This document shows positions 11,680-24,549 of a stretch of 64,000 nucleotides of DNA, piece by piece. Positions within the stretch are counted from its first letter, which is position 1, and the number at the start of each line of letters is the position of its first letter. The translations under genes and the position numbers were made by a program. Under the pieces are notes generated by a model that saw only the letters and a list, made by a program, of their open reading frames with translations, made no database searches and had not been told where the DNA came from. Source of the DNA: Octopus bimaculoides (lineage: Eukaryota); contig NC_068995.1 of the NCBI RefSeq assembly GCF_001194135.2, positions 5,036,503 to 5,100,502 of the forward strand. Reading direction: 5' to 3'.

Positions 11680-12741
11680 CGTATGTATGTATACACACGC
11701 ACACACCCATATATAGGACGTCTTAAAGGAAGAGAAGAATTTCAGCCAGTATATCGATCTGGAACTCAGAGTTCGGGGGCAGGGTGGAGGGCTGGAACAT
11801 TAATATCTAACGGGAGACCCTCCTTCAAAGTAAAGAAAGCTCCTTTAAAGTTTGAGAACAGACCTTTAACTTCCAACCCGCCCTACATTCAAGAAATAGG
11901 TCGAGACGGGAGTCAACGATATTATTTCATCTCGCAAATTTATACATGAAGACCCTATAAAAATCAGTGTGCATAACCTTATATAATTTTGGAATACTTA
12001 CATAATATATATTTATGTATGTATGTTTGTATGTATGTACGCACAAATCTAACCCAAATCCTTTTAAAGTCGATCACTATGTTTAAAAGCGCGTCTTCTT
12101 TCGATTTTGAATTTGGTTATGAAATATTTCTTCCGTAAATAATCTAAAATATTTATTTATGACAAAACTACAAAATTAAGTTTTTAAGTTTTCCGTCTCC
12201 TTAACACAACTTTAGTTCAGAATATCCGTTTCTAACCATCTTTCGATCAGTTACTATATATAAATCTGGCAGTAATTAAAATACACAAACACACGGATAC
12301 CGAGTAATCCTTTATAATTGGTACAAGGCCTAAAATGTTTGAGGGGGGACTAGTCAATTATGTACATCTTAACCCCTCAGTATTCGACTGGTATGTTATC
12401 GATCCCGAAAGGATCAATGGCAAAGTCGACTTCGTCGGTATTTTAATTCAGAATGTGCGATCCAATTATGGTATATTAAATATTAAAAAGCTAAACTGAT
12501 ATATTAGTGTCAATAATTGAAATATTAATATCTGCACTTATTGTATACAGTGCTCGGGTGCAGCACGATGCGTCGGAAAAAAAGGGGCAAAAAGAAAAGG
12601 GGACAGAAAGCTGCAGTAAGTCAAAATAACACAGCAATTATAGCTAAATTCACATGGATGATAGAACAGGATATAGACATACAATCGAGAACAGACATAT
12701 AATTATTTAGACAACAGAAAGAAAGGCAGCAGTTTACTTAC

Positions 12742-12873
12742 AGAGGCGCCAAGGATGATGAAGGCATGAGCGTGGCTGGAATCGGTGCAAGCCTGCACGG
12801 CTCCAAGAAATTGTTCATAACATTCGGTAGCAGAGACATGGGGTATGCCCGGTTCCCCATCCTGATTTTGCAT
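12742..12873 (-). CDS. G6PD: Glucose-6-phosphate 1-dehydrogenase, first coding exon (MQNQDGEPGIPHVSATECYEQFLGAVQACTDSSHAHAFIILGAS)
   Basis: Ends in HAFIILGAS, the start of the G6PD coenzyme-binding motif (human HIFIIMGAS-GDLAKKK). A GTAAGT donor follows at phase 0, the same intron position as human. Acceptor TTTTTCTTCAG at 12890; in-frame TAA just upstream of the ATG. The GDLAKKK exon was not found in the window. Confidence 0.8.
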
Positions 12874-13099
12874 GTTTTAGAAACGGGCACTGAAGAAAAA
12901 ACAAGATGTTATTAAAAGTTTATTATTGTTGTATGTGGGACAGCAGGATACGGTAGTGAAGTTCACTGTATACCCTAACGATTTATATATATTGGTGTGT
13001 GTATATATAGATATATAGATAAATAGTTGAGTGCGTGTGTTAATAAGAGAAATAAAATAAAGTGGAGAAGAGAATTATGGTTGAGGCAGATGTGAGAAA

Positions 13100-14160
13100 A
13101 TTGTGTTGAAATGAAGGAGAATGTTTTTATATAGGAGGATTATAAAGAGAGGTGGGAGAGGAAGAGGGAGAATGAAAGTAGGAGGTGGATTGATAGAAGG
13201 ACAGAGGGTGTGAGAGAGGGGGGAGAATAACTAAGGGTGTGGTGAGAGAGTGATAGTGATTAGAGAGAAATGGAAAGAGAGGCAGACGAGTGAGAGAAAA
13301 AAAACTGCTTGTATTTGCGAGTGTGTGTGTGTGTGTGTGTGGTTCGTGTTCGTGTGTGTGTGCGTGTTTGTGTATCAGCGAGAAAGTTAATGAGTGTGAG
13401 TGACAGAGAAAGTTAGATATCAAAAATGTATAAAGATAAATAAATAAATAGACAGACAGACAGATAGATATACAGGCAGAGGTAGATAGATAGATAGATA
13501 GATAGACGGATGGATGGATGGATGGATAGATGGATAGACAGACAGAGTTTTACCAGAGGAAGAAAGCGAGAAAACCAATAAAAGATATTGAGAGAATAAG
13601 GAGGTGGTGAAAGTACTTGAAGTGATACGAGAGAAGAAGTTAAGACGATGATGGAATTAAATTAGGATGTGAGGAGAGAGAGATAAGGAAAGTAAAAGAG
13701 GAATTCAGAGAAAGAGTGAGAGAGTGGAGGAGAGAGAGAGAGAGGGAATAATGATGAAGATAAAAGAGTGAGTAATATAAAGAAGGGGTGCGGTTAGACA
13801 GAAAGATATGATGAGAGAGGGAAGGAAAATTAGATAGAGAAAAAATTAAGGTAAAGGTAGATGGGAGAGAGAGACAGAGAGAGGGAGGCAGATTGAAAGA
13901 TATAATGATATTTATATGAAGAGAGAAAAAGAAAGAGAGAGATATAGACACGGAGAGAGAATGTAAATGAAGAACAGACTGATACAGGGAGAGAGACGGA
14001 GAGAGAGAGTCAGAAAGCAGGAAGATGTAAAGATGTTAGAGAGAAAGAAAGAGAGAGTGAGAGGAAATAGACGGAAAGTTTTGTGAAGAGAGAAGGAGGG
14101 AGGGAGGGAGGGGGGAGAGAGAGAGAGAGAGCGAGAGACGCACAGACAGACAGAGACATT
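13100..14160. repeat. About 1-kb purine-rich (GA) low-complexity tract with (GT)n, (GATA)n and (GA)n
   Basis: Strong strand asymmetry visible directly. Confidence 0.9.
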
Positions 14161-14748
14161 GAGAACAATAGATATCTGCTGTTTAGTGTTAGTTAGCTTC
14201 AGTTCATTTCAGATCCGGCAGGTTTACAATCGAAGGCATTCCAATCGTGACTATCTTATCTTGTTAAAAGATATCAAGGATTGACCATTACCTAATGTCT
14301 TTTCCTAAGGTATGATTTGAGGGTGAACGCGTTGGTATTTCAGGCAGATCGAGATCGACGACCACCCATTTAGGTAAACGTTGATGTTCCGAAAATGGAG
14401 TTCCCCCGAAGGATTTCTGAAGTCTCTCCATGTTGAGTTGTTGCTTCTCTGCAATGAGAAATCATGACCCCAGGACTACAGACATAGGAATAGAAATTTT
14501 ACAGGAAAGAATCGCAAGACGGATTCTTCAAGACGAAGCAACTGTCAGAACGCCTTAGAGTAGAGCAAAAACGAGAGTAGGCTTACGACCAAGGGCATTC
14601 CAGCTGTGACTATCCCGTCTTTTTTTTCTATGCTCAATGAACCAAAGATACTAGGAGAACGTGATTTGAGGAGAAGTTGCAGTTATTTCTAGCAAGTCAA
14701 GGAATCACCTAGAGACTTTTGTTCCTACATTCTGCAGGACAGAAGATG

Positions 14749-14876
14749 CGGTGGCGTAGCTAGAGTGTGTGTCGCTCGGGGCAACCCTTATACAGCAGAC
14801 CCAAAAGTATCGCTTCCCATAAAAGCATCGCCCATAGCAGACTTCCCCAATCGCCGTTCTGCTACCTACGCTACTC
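14749..14876. mobile_element. Old hAT-like MITE
   Basis: 15-bp imperfect TIRs (CGGTGGCGTAGCTAG / CTACCTACGCTACTC, 11/15) with 8-bp flanks AGAAGATG / AGAGGATA (6/8). Confidence 0.4.
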
Positions 14877-15050
14877 AGAGGATATATCCAACAGAAAATT
14901 TGAGTACACACACAGATTACACAGTTTGGTAATCTACTCTGTAATAAAGTCTGTTTTTCTTTTATTTTTAATAAAAAAGCAACTTGGTAACCAGAACTAA
15001 ACAGCCACGACCTTGGGAAGTGACCAAAAAGACTAGTTTTTCTACAAAAT

Positions 15051-16075
15051 TCGAGGATTATAACTGAAAGTAATGCAAAAGAGGGTATAGCATTTTTTTT
15101 TATTTGGTGACAAAGGTTGTTCACGTTGCACATGTTAGTAGAGTTATCTTTCCTTCTAACAAAAATCCTACTTAACAAAATCTCCATCACAGGCGATGCA
15201 CACGCGACATCTTTGGGACCAACCCGCGAATCTTCTTTGAAAACAATTCAGGTACGCACTGTTCAATCCACTTCTTCACAGCCATTTTTACCTCGTCTGT
15301 ATTATGAAATCGTTGCCCCCGAAAAACTGTCCTTTATTGGGCCGAACAGTTGAACTTAGGAGGACGCCAGATTCGGGCTGTATGATGGATGGGTAACCAA
15401 TGACCATGCAAACTCGCCGATTGCCTGGTTTGTTGCCAAAGATGTGTGGCGATCATACAGTCATGGTGAAAGTGGATAATCTTCAGAGCCTTGTATCGAT
15501 CTCTTCCTTCTAAAGGCTTGTTTTATCTTTTTTGAGTGTCTCAGTTTACCACTTGCTTTTCCTAGTAGAGCCACGTTCCAGAAAACCAAGGAGAAGGACG
15601 TCCTTGTCATTCCCTAAAGTAATCATCGCTGGCTCTTGAACCTCTTAAACTGTGGGAAAGAGGTGTGCCGCTCTTCCATTGCCTGAGACTTCCTCCCCAG
15701 GACATAAAGATACGGGCTACGTTTCATCCCGTCACTTGTTCGGTAAATAAATTAATAAATAAACGTGTCTTCATTGGATTCCGGCAGATTTCCAATTTTT
15801 CTCCTTCAAATCGAGTGTCTGCCATCTTTTGTAAAGTATCACGACTATAGTTCTGTTGCATAGAAACCTCACGTATTATGACTTGTCTATCCACACGAAT
15901 CAATTCATTCACTCGCTCGCGATTCCTGTCAGTGAACGCAGTTGATGATTGCCCATTTCATGTTTTTCCACTTCTTTAAAATTCTTTATCCATCTATGCA
16001 CATTGCTCCTGTCAATGGTGTTATCTCCATAAACAACTTGTAGCCTTTTGTGGATGTCGGACAACCTGCGACGCT
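15051..16075 (-). mobile_element. Decayed mariner transposon
   Basis: Fragmented frames give QVTG-DET, FHHD, HPSYSPNLASS and LFGPIKD with stops and frameshifts. TIR-like end TTCGAGGATTATAACTGAAAGTAATGC at 15051. Confidence 0.75.
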
Positions 16076-19000
16076 CCTTCATCAATAACTTAATCCTTTC
16101 TACTCTAGGTACAAGGCCTGAAATTTTTTTTTGGGGGGGGAGACCAGTTGATTACATCGACCCCAGTGCGTAGCTGGTACTTATTTCATCGACTTCGAAA
16201 GGATGAAAGGCAAAGTCGACCTCGGCGAAATTTGAACTCAGAACGTAACGGCAGACGAAATACCGCTAAGCATTTCGTCCCGGAACCAATTGGTTAGGAA
16301 GCAAACTTCTTACCATACAGCCACTCCTGCTATTATAACTGATCGTTTTTGTTCGTTTGTTTTTCAATTTTTTTTTCATTTACAAAAGAAATTCATAATT
16401 TTTTTAAGCCACTCAACAACTTGTTAATGATGGACACATAGCATAAAAAAGTTCGTGATATCCAGTTAAACGCAACTCAATATTTGCAGCAGACCGAAGA
16501 GAGAAAAACTTCCNNNNNNNNNNNNNNNNNNNNNNNNNNNNNNNNNNNNNNNNNNNNNNNNNNNNNNNNNNNNNNNNNNNNNNNNNNNNNNNNNNNNNNN
16601 NNNNNNNNNNNNNNNNNNNNNNNNNNNNNNNNNNNNNNNNNNNNNNNNNNNNNNNNNNNNNNNNNNNNNNNNNNNNNNNNNNNNNNNNNNNNNNNNNNNN
16701 NNNNNNNNNNNNNNNNNNNNNNNNNNNNNNNNNNNNNNNNNNNNNNNNNNNNNNNNNNNNNNNNNNNNNNNNNNNNNNNNNNNNNNNNNNNNNNNNNNNN
16801 NNNNNNNNNNNNNNNNNNNNNNNNNNNNNNNNNNNNNNNNNNNNNNNNNNNNNNNNNNNNNNNNNNNNNNNNNNNNNNNNNNNNNNNNNNNNNNNNNNNN
16901 NNNNNNNNNNNNNNNNNNNNNNNNNNNNNNNNNNNNNNNNNNNNNNNNNNNNNNNNNNNNNNNNNNNNNNNNNNNNNNNNNNNNNNNNNNNNNNNNNNNN
17001 NNNNNNNNNNNNNNNNNNNNNNNNNNNNNNNNNNNNNNNNNNNNNNNNNNNNNNNNNNNNNNNNNNNNNNNNNNNNNNNNNNNNNNNNNNNNNNNNNNNN
17101 NNNNNNNNNNNNNNNNNNNNNNNNNNNNNNNNNNNNNNNNNNNNNNNNNNNNNNNNNNNNNNNNNNNNNNNNNNNNNNNNNNNNNNNNNNNNNNNNNNNN
17201 NNNNNNNNNNNNNNNNNNNNNNNNNNNNNNNNNNNNNNNNNNNNNNNNNNNNNNNNNNNNNNNNNNNNNNNNNNNNNNNNNNNNNNNNNNNNNNNNNNNN
17301 NNNNNNNNNNNNNNNNNNNNNNNNNNNNNNNNNNNNNNNNNNNNNNNNNNNNNNNNNNNNNNNNNNNNNNNNNNNNNNNNNNNNNNNNNNNNNNNNNNNN
17401 NNNNNNNNNNNNNNNNNNNNNNNNNNNNNNNNNNNNTCTATCTCCATAAAAAAAAAAAGTGAGTGACAGTCCCACAACAGTAATTCTCAACATTTTGGTT
17501 TTCTTTTAATGTCTTAGAGAGAAGGACATCGGATCTGTTCAGTTTGGCTTACAAATTTTTTTGGTCAAACTGAGTAAAAAAAAAAAAAAAAATAGTGCAA
17601 TAGGTGTACAACCGCATGCTCGGGTCAAACACTTTAGTTTGACCGATTAAAAATTTTTTTTAACTGAACAGTTTGAAACTTCCTATACTGGTGGAATGTC
17701 TCACACAGAACACGGTCTACTTTGAACATTTATGACAAAATTTGGTATTTTAGAAGTTATTTCGCGTTAAAGTTGTCGTATTTGGGTAATTTCAACCAAT
17801 CAACGACGTGTATTCAGTTGAAGAAAGCTGCTGCTGTTTCCTCTTCGCCCTTTTTAAGAGGTTTCCAAAACTGGTGGGAAGAAGGGAGAAAGGTTTCCTC
17901 AAAACATGGCCTAAGTGCATGTAACTGTATGATTTCCATTAAGACACACACGCACCAAGCGGTGGTGCTAAACTGGGGGTGGGGGGTGAGATTAAGTCTT
18001 TAACCTGACGTCAAATAAATTAGACACAAACAGTGTCCAGTTTCCGTTTACCAAATTTCATTCAGTTTTGGTAGACAAGAAACCAAAAGCAAAAGAATAT
18101 CTTGTCCAAAGTATGACGTCGTCATATCGTCGGATCGGATGAGAAGTAAACTTCTTAAACACACAACGTCTGCACTTATCAACGAACACCAACAACCCAA
18201 CCTAACGAAGAAACATCACGAAATGGGTTTCGTGAAAAGAATTCTAAGCTTCAAGATAAACGTTTTTTTTTTTTTTTTGGTGGGAGGGCATATCTACATA
18301 AGTGGAACCCACCACCGATTTTGTTTCCTCATAACTTCAAGAAAAAAATGTATATTTTTTAATGAATCTTTTTACAAATAGTCTCCAGATGGTGTAGATT
18401 CCAATCATGCCTGAATTTGTTGTGAAAAAGAAAAAAATTCCGGAGTTGGGAGAGGAATTTCTGGAAATTCACATGAATGGGTCTTGTTTCCTGATAACTT
18501 TCAGAAAAGAAAAAGGAAACGGGTATTTTTGAGTGAAACTTTCTACAAATACCGTTCAGAGTGTGTAACTTACAATTATATCGAAATTTAATGCAGAAAG
18601 AAAAATGGTGAGCAAACGCACACAAACACACACATACATACATACCGATACACATCACGGGACTGTGTAGTCAGCTGAGAGGTCAGAGATGGAGAGTCAG
18701 AAATGCTATTGACTGTGAGCAAGCCCAACGAGACGCATGAAAGTATGTATGTATATATGAGTGTGTGGATGTATGTGTGTATGCATTTATGCATGTATAT
18801 TTGAATATATGTAAATTGGAGCGATCTTTGAGGCTTTGTGCCTCACTTTCACTTTTGTCTGCAACAAAGATAAAACTGAAAGTAAACAATGACTGCCGTA
18901 AGAAAAAATATTTTCGCTAATCAACTAACTGGTTGATCAGTAGTTAATAAGGTCCATCCATCACAGCAATGGTTTCCGAGTTTATCTAGCTGCAGAAACC

Positions 19001-19561
19001 TGAAATACCACGGAATATCCGTGGGAATTGGGCTGGTTACACGAAAGAACAGCTGTGCCGGTGTATTCCCGGTAAAGGAAGACAAATAAAACAATGTCCT
19101 GACTGACATCAACCAGATATATCATTATCAGCCAGCTACAGTCTATCAATAAATATACAGAGATTGATATAAAATATAAATCATCGTGATACAAAAAGAA
19201 TAAGGAAGAAAGTCAATATTTAAACCTCGTTTACCTTTCTTTTATAATTTCCTCGTCCACTGTACACGGTAAGAAAATGGGGCGGTTTTATGAAGCAGTA
19301 TCCCCGGTAAAACTTATGTCCGGCCGGATATATTGTTATAGCAAACATCTTTATACATTTATTTATAAATTTATTAATATAATAGGATTATTAATATAAT
19401 AGGATTATTGACATTTTTTGCTTGCTTCGTTCTTCTTTCCTTCTTCATCGCAGAATCTTTGTGAAGATCCAGTGTTATCGTAAACATGTTACTCTAACCG
19501 AAGGATATTCGGCTTTTATATTCATTCATAAATGTTAAGTCGATATGTCGCATTAACCCCC

Positions 19562-19641
<80 letters not shown>

Positions 19642-19664
19642 CTCTCTCTCTGTCTGTCTGTCTG

Positions 19665-19778
19665 TCTGTGGAGTGCTCAGCCACTTGCACGTTAATTTCA
19701 CGAGCAGGCTGTTCCGTTGATCGGATCAACTGGAACCCTCGACGTCGTAAGCGACGGAGTGCCAACAACAACAACACC
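19665..19778 (+). mobile_element. 3' part of SINE family D (Ceph-SINE-like)
   Basis: Near-identical to the 3' end of the full copy at 50391-50780. Confidence 0.75.
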
Positions 19779-20002
19779 ACAGTGTTTGATACTCTCACCT
19801 TACTGGCTCCATATTGGCTTTTGTTTTTTAGTTTTATTTATACTCTCAGAAGTTTCCCTTCTGAGATCAATTGCGTTTTTCTTATTTGTGTTGGGTAACT
19901 GTTGCTATTCCGAAAATCGAAGAAAGGGGTAATTTAAACATTAAAATCTTGAAAGAAAAGTCTTTTTCAGCATGGTAATCATCGCATTGTTTGTACACCT
20001 TA

Positions 20003-20611
20003 GGGATCTTGTTCAAAACGGGGGCACCAGTATTTTCTTAACGAAACACTTTGAAACTTGGGACACTGGTAGAATGTGTCATATAAAACATCTTTTTCTC
20101 TTAGTCTTCTTAACAAAAAAACGTACATCGCAAGTTATTTCATGTTAAAGTTGTCGTATTTCTGTAATTTCAACCAATGACTGACGTCCATTCAGCCGAA
20201 TGCATTAAATGCTGACTACGTAAACAAACGATTCTCAAACGATTCTGGCGGTGATAAAATTATTATTTCCTTGTCAAAAAATGGCTGAAGCATATTGGCN
20301 NNNNNNNNNCAATGTTGTACACATACAGTTCAGGCAGATGTTAACGAAATTATAAATGGAGATTAAATACGCTTTACACCGCTTAAACTGCCAAAGGAGC
20401 AAGTGTAAACAGCTGAATACTTGTCAGTGATTGGTTGAAATTATCGAAATAAGACAATTTTTTACATGAAATAAATTCGAATACAAAAATTTTTTTCTGT
20501 TCTATAACACAAAATAGATAAGTATACGAAGTTTGAAAGTCTTTCGGTACCAAAAACACTACATAAAACATTAATGAAAACTGGTGCCCCCGTTTTGAAC
20601 AGGATCCCACC
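20003..20611. mobile_element. Non-autonomous DNA transposon with about 30-bp TIRs (Kolobok-like, tentative)
   Basis: GGGATCTTGTTCAAAACGGGGGCACCAG at the left, its reverse complement at 20581-20608, and an internal inverted repeat (20146-20200 vs 20412-20470). A related fragment lies at 17690-17830. Confidence 0.7.
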
Positions 20612-20765
20612 TTAGACTTTATATACTGCCAAAGTGTCTTTCACTGTATAAGGCGTGAAAGTCGAGGGAGATTTTGCTGTTATTTCTAGCATGTCGAACG
20701 GCCACCTGGAGGTCTCTCACTCCGCCACCTTGCGTCGTCTGCTATTTGTTTTTCCAGCATATCTC

Positions 20766-20834
20766 TACGCATGCGCAAATGAAAGGAAAGAGTTTAAAAA
20801 CTTCCGGAAAGTTGGTGTCGGTTTTTCCGGAAAG
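20766..20834. promoter_or_regulatory. Housekeeping-type promoter of TAF11, possibly shared with G6PD
   Basis: NRF1-like TACGCATGCGCA (20766-20777) and two palindromic ETS-type TTCCGGAA sites (20802, 20826). A GTAAGT donor at 20906 fits a non-coding first exon, with an acceptor at 21515. Confidence 0.5.
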
Positions 20835-21560
20835 CGAGAAGGAGCAACTTAAAAAAATAAATCGAAATCTTAAAAAGTTTATTTTTTGACAAAACTCATT
20901 GCTTTGTAAGTAAAAAGGTAGAATCTGAAGAAATTAAACAAAAAAAAAATGAAAAGAAAAATTATGGGTGGGGGTGCTTCTCCGGCACTCCCGGCCTTTG
21001 TCTACATGTTCAATAAGGACTGAGTGCCCTTCAACAACAGTATTTGATTTTATTTCCTCTTTCACGTTAGGAAAGAGGAACATACAATTTTATGCCGAAC
21101 ATACCATTTCCGGTATGTTCGGCAATATAAGTCACTGACTGGCTAAAATTACATAATTTTAATAAAAAGTAACTTCTTTGATATTATTTCTAGATTTAAA
21201 AAAAATAAATGCAATTTTCGTCATCAGCATGCAAAACTAAATCAGGGATACATTTTTGAAAATAATCTGGTGAAACTTTCGAAAACTTCAATTGGTTGGA
21301 AAAAATTTAACAAAATTTCCGTCGTTCGCGAAGCTATCACGGAAATTTACGAGTGATAAGTACGCTAAGAATTAACTCGGAGAACAAATAATTTCAATAT
21401 TCAGTGACTTGTAAAAAAATATTTTGATACAGCTCCGAACGATATGGTATTAAATAAATACAATGAAAATAAAAAATGATATTAATCTATATTTACATAA
21501 ACAATTATATTGAAGATTTCCCATGATGCTCTTCGTTGGTCGTCAAACCATCAACAAGCA

Positions 21561-22399
21561 ATGGACCCGAATCGTTCTAACGTGCGTAAGTCTTTGATTG
21601 AAGATTTAGGTTTAGACAGTAGCATGGAAGAAGTATGTGAACAAAAAAGTAGTTCGGCAATAGCAGACGAGAGCGATATTCACAGCATACACAGCCTTAC
21701 GCAAGAATTATCTTCAGACAATGAAAACAGACTCGCAGACGTTGGCGAGACTCGATCATCGATCGGCGCGGGAGAAATAAAACTAGAACCTACTTTCACT
21801 ATTACCAATAAAGACGATGATAACAACAACACCAACAGTAACACCAACAACAATAAGAACAGTGACGCATCATTTAGTACCAATAATGACGATATTTTAC
21901 CTCACAAACCGCCTGATTTTCTTCCGACTCCTTTCTCTACTGAGTTTCCAAGTGTCCCAATTCTACCCAGTGTCACTTCAGATGAGATTTTGCCAAAGAC
22001 CACCGATTCCTCTTCGTCTAAAAGTGATAACAAAGACAGCAGTAGCAACAACACTACCACCACCACCACCACCACTACCACCACCGCCGCCGCCGCCACC
22101 ACTACGACGACGACGACGACCACCACCACCACCACCACCAGCAATAATACTAATAAAGATTCGGAGAAGACAACAGACAGTAACATCCCGGAGAATAGTT
22201 CTTCGAGTCAGTCTGGTAGTTCTGATGCCAAATGTGCCGCTTCAACGTCGAAGGATGATGGCACCGCATCAAGCAATGATGACAAAACCGATGTGAAACC
22301 AACGTCTGATGAAAAACACAAACTCGAAAATGCCGATGAAGGAGATGCCACATTGGCGAAACAGAAAAAAGAGAAACACGAAGAACGGTTAAAGATGCA
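21561..22399 (+). CDS. TAF11: TFIID subunit 11, coding exon 1 (long acidic/Thr/Asn/Ser low-complexity N-terminus ending ...EERLKMQ)
   Basis: 839-nt open frame ending ATG CA|GTGAGT (phase 2), in frame with the histone-fold exons. Confidence 0.85.
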
Positions 22400-23144
22400 G
22401 TGAGTAGAATGATTCTTTGAAGGAATTACATTTGCCTTACATTCTGAGTTCAAATCTCGCCAAGTTCAACCTTGCGTTTCATCCTTCTGGGTATCAATAT
22501 AATCGACTAAGTTCGACTCCTTGAAATTACTGGCCTTGTGCCAAAATTTGAAACAATTTTTATTATTATAAATGGTGGGTTGGCAGGGTAGTTCAGAGCA
22601 TTGAAAAACACACAACACACACATAAATACACACACACGTCAATACACATACAAACACACACACATAAATACATGTAACACATAAATATTCTGCATTTAA
22701 CTCTTTAGGTACCAACCTGGTCATGCTGGAGCACCGCCTTTAGTCGAACAAATCGACCCCAGGGCTTAGTCTTTGTAAGCCTAGTACTTAATCTATTGGT
22801 CTGTTTTGCCGAACTGTTAAATAATGGGAATGTAAACACACCAACATCGGTTGTCAAACGATGGTGGCGGGACAAACACAGGTGCACATACACACATATA
22901 TATACATACGACAGTATCCGTCTACCAAATCCACTCACAAGGCTTTGGTCGGCCCGAGGCTATAGTAGAAGCCACTTGCATGTCCCAAACCCCAGCTGAA
23001 TAATTTCAGAGTTATTTTAATAATTTTTTATTATTTTCAAAATTAATTTTAAAAAAAAAGGCAGTGTTATTTCAACAGAAATATGGTAATGAAAGAATAT
23101 AAAATGATTCTACTTGTTTTGTTTTTCTTTTTTTTCTTCTTCAG

Positions 23145-23232
23145 AGTTCTTGTGTCCAATTTCTCTGAGGAACAATTGAACCGTTATGAGATGTACAGGA
23201 GAGCAGCTTTCCCCAAAGCTGCCATCAAAAGA
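23145..23232 (+). CDS. TAF11: TAF11 coding exon 2 ([29 protein letters not shown])
   Basis: Near-identical to the human TAF11 histone-fold start. Polypyrimidine-CAG acceptor and GTAAGT donor. Confidence 0.97.
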
Positions 23233-24512
23233 GTAAGTCTTGTACTGTAGTCTTTTTTAACACTATTTCAGTGGTTGTGTAACCCCTGGATCAGTCTTCG
23301 TCTGTTGCATATATAATGGCCAAATGTGTGTCTTGGCATTAGACTTGAAGATGTCTTGTATCAATGTGATGATACTGAACAATGTTCAAAGATGTTTTTC
23401 ATACCATAATGGCTGCATAGCTTGCATTCCACTAGAGCTTGAGTGCATTCTACAACATGCAGTTGTTGCTGCAGTTTTGATGCATTCTGTTATTAGAGAA
23501 TGCATGTTTTTTAGCAGCTCTTTTCCATCAACTGCAATGATGACAGCTTCTGTTTCTTCAGCTGCATAATGATGGCAGTCTATTGAGTTCCAGTAGAAAT
23601 GGAATTTCATGGTTTGTTAGTGAGACCCACATTGTCATACCTGACTGGTGGTGTTGAACTTAAGCAAAGAACGGTTCAAAAGCGTGAGAGAGAAAGTCCC
23701 CCAAAACATAAATCTTCAGTAAATAAAACAAAATAACCTGTAGGTGGATTTAGTTAATCCTGGTGGGTGTGGAGTCTGCCTGGATGACAGGAGATTAAAA
23801 GTGTGTAGGATGTGGGCCAAAAAGACTTGGTATTCTCTGATGGTGTTCGTTTGATACAACTAGAGGGAGTGCTATTGACAAATCTTTGTGCTATGATCTG
23901 TGTGCCTTGCAGTTGACAGCTCATGTTGGTAAACATGTATATATGTATCTCTCTCTAAATATATATATATATATATATATCGAAATGCCGGTGTTAAAAT
24001 GTGGGTAGCTGATGAAGTAGAATGATCTCTATGTGGCTTGTGTGTTTTCTCGTCTACGTTTGTTTGCAATGTCCTGTACCCAGATATGCACCTATACATA
24101 CAGGTGGATGTCGGTATGCACATACCTGTACGTATATATGCATACATTCATTTACTATTTGTTTTTATATATATGTATATATATGTGTGTGTGTGTGTGT
24201 GTGACTAGCTATCTATCTGTCTGGTCTGTCCATCCATCCATATATATATACACATACACACACACACATATCCATCCGTCCATCCATATGTAGAAATAAG
24301 AAAATTCAGAAAATGGAGATACAGCATTAATATAATTTATTATCTGCAAAAATCTAACAAATACTCTTACAGCTGTTTCAATTTAGCCTAAAAGATTAAA
24401 TTACAATAATTAAATCATTATATTAGGCAAAATCTCATCAGAGGGGTAGAAAAGATATACCATTAGGTTATTAAGTGTAGTGTTTTTGAATCATCTCAGC
24501 AGACTCTCTCTG

Positions 24513-24549
<37 letters not shown>

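Noticed and set aside
16413-17493. Long ORFs of 135-354 aa in the track (also 52661-53291, 59910-60807, 62425-63249)
   Set aside because: They run through N gaps and microsatellites; artefacts.
21211-21232. Minus-strand CTGATGA-C-GAAA
   Set aside because: No stem II or cleavage-site pairing; it lies in a DNA-transposon-like AT-rich segment.
21680-22453. Antisense and alternate-frame ORFs over TAF11 exon 1, including poly-Pro and poly-Val
   Set aside because: Shadows of the ACC/AAC trinucleotide-rich coding strand.
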